23,133 bases of DNA from Folioceros fuciformis (taxonomy: Eukaryota). Made by a program: the position numbers and the translations under genes. Shown here in pieces: positions 19,926-23,133 of this stretch; the first letter of the stretch is position 1; each line of letters opens with the position of its first letter. Where the stretch lies: contig JBNGIO010006304.1 in NCBI GenBank assembly GCA_049999805.1, forward strand, positions 416,157-439,289, written 5' to 3'. Under the pieces are notes generated by a model, which saw only the letters and a program-made list of their open reading frames with translations, was not told the origin of the DNA and made no database searches.

Positions 19926-20764
19926 GTGGGCCTTGTGATGTCCTCGGACACAAAATTTTACTCCACAAAGAGCTTCTGGAAGGACTATCAAGAGATTGCA
20001 GTCATTGTTGAGAACAAGATCAGTGTCATGCTTCAAGCGCCGTGGAGATGGTACTCCAGGGTGGCAGTCGAAGCATCAGCAGAGTCCATTGTAATTCTAG
20101 GGGTGGCAGTCGAAGCATCAGCAAAGTCCATTGTTATTCTAGGGGTGGCAGTCGAAGCATCAGCAAAGTCCATTGTTATTCTAGGGGTGGCAGTCGAAGC
20201 ATCAGCAGAGTCCATTGTTATTCTAGACGTAAGTTTGCTAGATGTGGCTTTATTACGTGACCTCCCTCGTCGCGATATGTACCTTGGAGAATATCAAAGC
20301 CACCAAAGACAATGAGAAGAAATGGATAGATTAAATGGGGATGTTTCAGAAATACGAAAGGACATGTATATTGCGACACCTTGCTTCACTAACACACATA
20401 ACAGACCATTTTGGATTGCAAGGGTTGTTGAAGTGAGGCTGAAGGCGCAAAGGCCATCGTTGTTAGTGCACTGGTTTCGGACAAAGCACACTGATGCATT
20501 CAAGGGGAACTATGTCGAGGAATACATTGTGCGAGGGAGGTTGCCTGACAAGGGAGGGCGTTCCAGGCCGCATAGACGGAAATTTATTTGAATGATACAG
20601 CTATCTTGTACTATGGGTTCAACCTAACCACAGAGAAGCAATTATATGTAGCGGACAAGAATGCCATTACAGACAAACTTAGTGCATTGTGTGGGTGCCT
20701 AGAGGCACCAAGCAAGACGGGTTGCGATGATATTGAAGATAACAATGATAATGCCATTAGGTAG
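19926..20764 (+). pseudogene. Decayed ORF, probably the C-terminal part of a transposon-encoded protein
   Basis: ORFs 19926-20315 and 20322-20591 share one frame and are separated by a single TGA. After a frameshift near 20580 the reading continues as IYLNDTAILYYGFNLTTEKQLY to a TAG at 20764. Contains RPFWIARVVEV...LLVHWF. Confidence 0.5.
20059..20226. repeat. 42-bp tandem repeat, 4 copies
   Basis: Unit GGGTGGCAGTCGAAGCATCAGCARAGTCCATTGTWATTCTAG, near-identical copies, in frame as VAVEASA(E/K)SIVILG. Confidence 0.97.
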
Positions 20765-22396
20765 ACGATCTATGATGATGGTCTGGATCAAGTCATCAAT
20801 GATGGTTGTGAGTTGTTATTAGGAAATTAGGTAATAGGCAGCAGTAAACACACATTATCCTCTATTTATGAACCGTTGACAAAGAGTTTGGATTTACATG
20901 TTTTCATCCACTGTGCTGTAATCCATTGTGACAGAAAGCATCCATAGTTGGAAACACTCGCCTTGTGGTAAAGATAAGCCCATTTATATAACGAAGTAGT
21001 CGCCATTCGTGGTATGGCCGACCTTTGTTACTGTCTACCAATACACCATGGGGGTACGTATATATCGACACAAGTAGTATGATCATACGTTAAAGGCAAT
21101 GGACACCGGCCGGCCAACGCCTACTAGATATCTCAGGCCAAAACACTCCTGGTGTTGAGAATGTCTGTGACCTTGTGGTACGTAACCTTGTGAACACTTT
21201 CAGAAACCTTTCCCTTCACCATGTGACATATCCCCAACAGTGATGGCGGTCCTCACCATCGTTCCCTCTTAGCAAAGTAGATATTGTGAAGGCGAGAGTG
21301 GGACATTAGAGGCAATCGTAACACGTCTCTAAGCACGCACTCTTACCCAAAACCTAGACAGATAGAAAGGAAGTACCGGCTTGCATGGCCTGCCTCATGG
21401 GCTCAAAACAAGGAGACGGATGTGGTTCTTGCAAATCACTGACCATGCATGCAGACACCGGGTTATGAGAATAGTAGGATTGGCCTGCACACTGACCTTG
21501 TTTTTCGACGTTCATTTTCGACTGGTTTAAAAAAGCCCCAGCTAATATCATCGTTAACCTCAATATAAGAATATCGTACCTTTTGCCACCCTTCATGCAT
21601 TTTCACCTCCTTGCAAATTTCTCGTGTTATGTGTGTAGCAAGGATGGGCACAGTTGAGTGGCTAGTTTGTCAAGCCCTATAATTAGGGGATTTTGATGCG
21701 TTTTCCATGAGGGATACTATAAACACGAGATGTAAATACTTTATGAACAGTGATGCTAAGAACGAGATGTAAGAAAATAGAGTCCAACTAGTCAAGTGTA
21801 CAACCAAATGTTCATGAAATCCTAGTCACCATCCATAAAAGTCATAATCGGCCGATGATCATTGCTTCATGGTACTAATAGCGCAATCAAAGTGTTAACT
21901 TGACCTCAATAGATATTTGAGAAGCCGTTCTAGTCAATGAAGACAATTTCAAGATTGTCCTTACTCACTTTCAACATCCACTTTGATATTCCAATGTGTT
22001 TATGGTCACTAATGTGGCCACCATAAACATAGAATAACATTCACCACCTATGAAGTGAGAGGCAAGCCAACTGTCACTTTGAGATGGACCCAAGTCCAAG
22101 GAAAGGTAATAAGCCCCACCGTGGGGGAAGTGTACTAGAGTTAGGAATCTCAATAGCCAGCTCTATTTTATAATTCACACTTGACAATCAAGGTGCTCCA
22201 CCTCATGGTGCTGGGTAAGAGCTCAATTTTGCAAAACCTCTAAACAAAACACCCCAAGGCCACCACAACAATATGTAAGAGGCGCACTAGTGCAAGGTTG
22301 CAACCATTCCCTCATAGGCTCCTAAAGTGTACCATAAATGGATAGCGGGACACTTGGCAGAACCAAAAAAAAAGTTTTTCTCAAAACAATTAGTAG

Positions 22397-22444
22397 TATA
22401 ATATAATATAATATAATATAATATAATATAATATAATATAATAA
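22397..22444. repeat. (TATAA)n microsatellite, about 9 copies
   Basis: Read directly from the sequence. Confidence 0.95.
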
Positions 22445-23133
22445 CTCTTTGAGAATCCTCTTAGTAAGAAGGGGGAGGGGGAATTGCCATGTATATATAC
22501 TCTAAGGCCTACTTATGTTGCCAATGTCATAGGGTCCATCTAGGGTGTGATTATAAGAAGATTCTTGAAAACGAAATCGGAGTGACTTGCATGATGAGTA
22601 AATAGACCCATCCCCTTTACTCATCATTCGGGAAAATGTTGTATGCCAAAGTTGGCAAACTTGCAAGGTCATTCAGCCCCACATAATTACAACATCATTC
22701 TAGTACCATCATGAAGAGCTCTTCAAGCTCTACAACATAATGATCATTATGTTCTGCTATAGACCTATCGTCAAGCTCTACAAGATGGTGTAGTTATCTT
22801 TTCTTAACATCTTTTGCATCACATGCAATGAAATGCCAAAGTTTGGATCATAAATTTGAATTTGAAAAATGTTTGCAAACTTGCATGAGTCAGTCACTTC
22901 ACTCTTTCAACCCAAGAATCACTAAAAGGTCCACATTAGCCCTTATTGTCGGGGCAGTCTTGGTGCGATTCCCTTTGTCCCTTGTGTGTAGGCTGTCAAA
23001 TTAGGACGCTGATCCAATGTGAAAGTGCACCTTGGGCTTGATCCCCTTGCCACTAAGGGGGGCGTGGTGGATCCCTAGGCTGCCAAGATCTGTATGGCCA
23101 AATCCGCAGTGATTGATCCTTCTTCTGTGCGGG

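Larger units (their letters stand above)
17860..23133. mobile_element. Gene-poor, AT-richer region, probably decayed transposon fragments (family not identified)
   Basis: Composition changes relative to the genic left part. Only short, stop-interrupted ORFs occur and no consistent exon structure was found. No diagnostic transposase or reverse transcriptase motif was recognised. Confidence 0.4.

Noticed and set aside
20059..20226. CRISPR-like array (also considered for the repeat at 9567-9714)
   Set aside because: Units are head-to-tail with no unique spacers, the context is eukaryotic and no cas genes are present.

Overview
This is gene-dense, GC-rich land-plant nuclear DNA with short introns (mostly about 75-200 nt). 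The WW-type PPR-DYW remnant suggests a hornwort or possibly a fern (inference). From left to right the window holds: an intronless, divergent ALMT anion-channel gene (-); a 13-exon condensin I kleisin CAP-H gene (-) whose stop lies only about 330 nt upstream of the ALMT ATG and whose intron 8 carries a 67-bp-arm hairpin; tRNA-Pro(AGG) (+); a 6-exon HPP-family (NITR2-like) plastid transporter gene (-); a frameshifted PLS-class PPR pseudogene with a truncated WW-type DYW start (-); microsatellites and two assembly gaps; and a 10-exon polyQ-PAM2-2xRRM CID gene (+) with two candidate uORFs and a GC-AG intron. After about 17.8 kb the sequence is AT-richer, has no intact gene, and looks transposon-derived. 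The best leads are a possible spliced CAP-H/ALMT read-through (bicistronic) transcript, the intronless motif-divergent ALMT, and the permuted intronic hairpin. Exon structures were read by eye and no database search was run.
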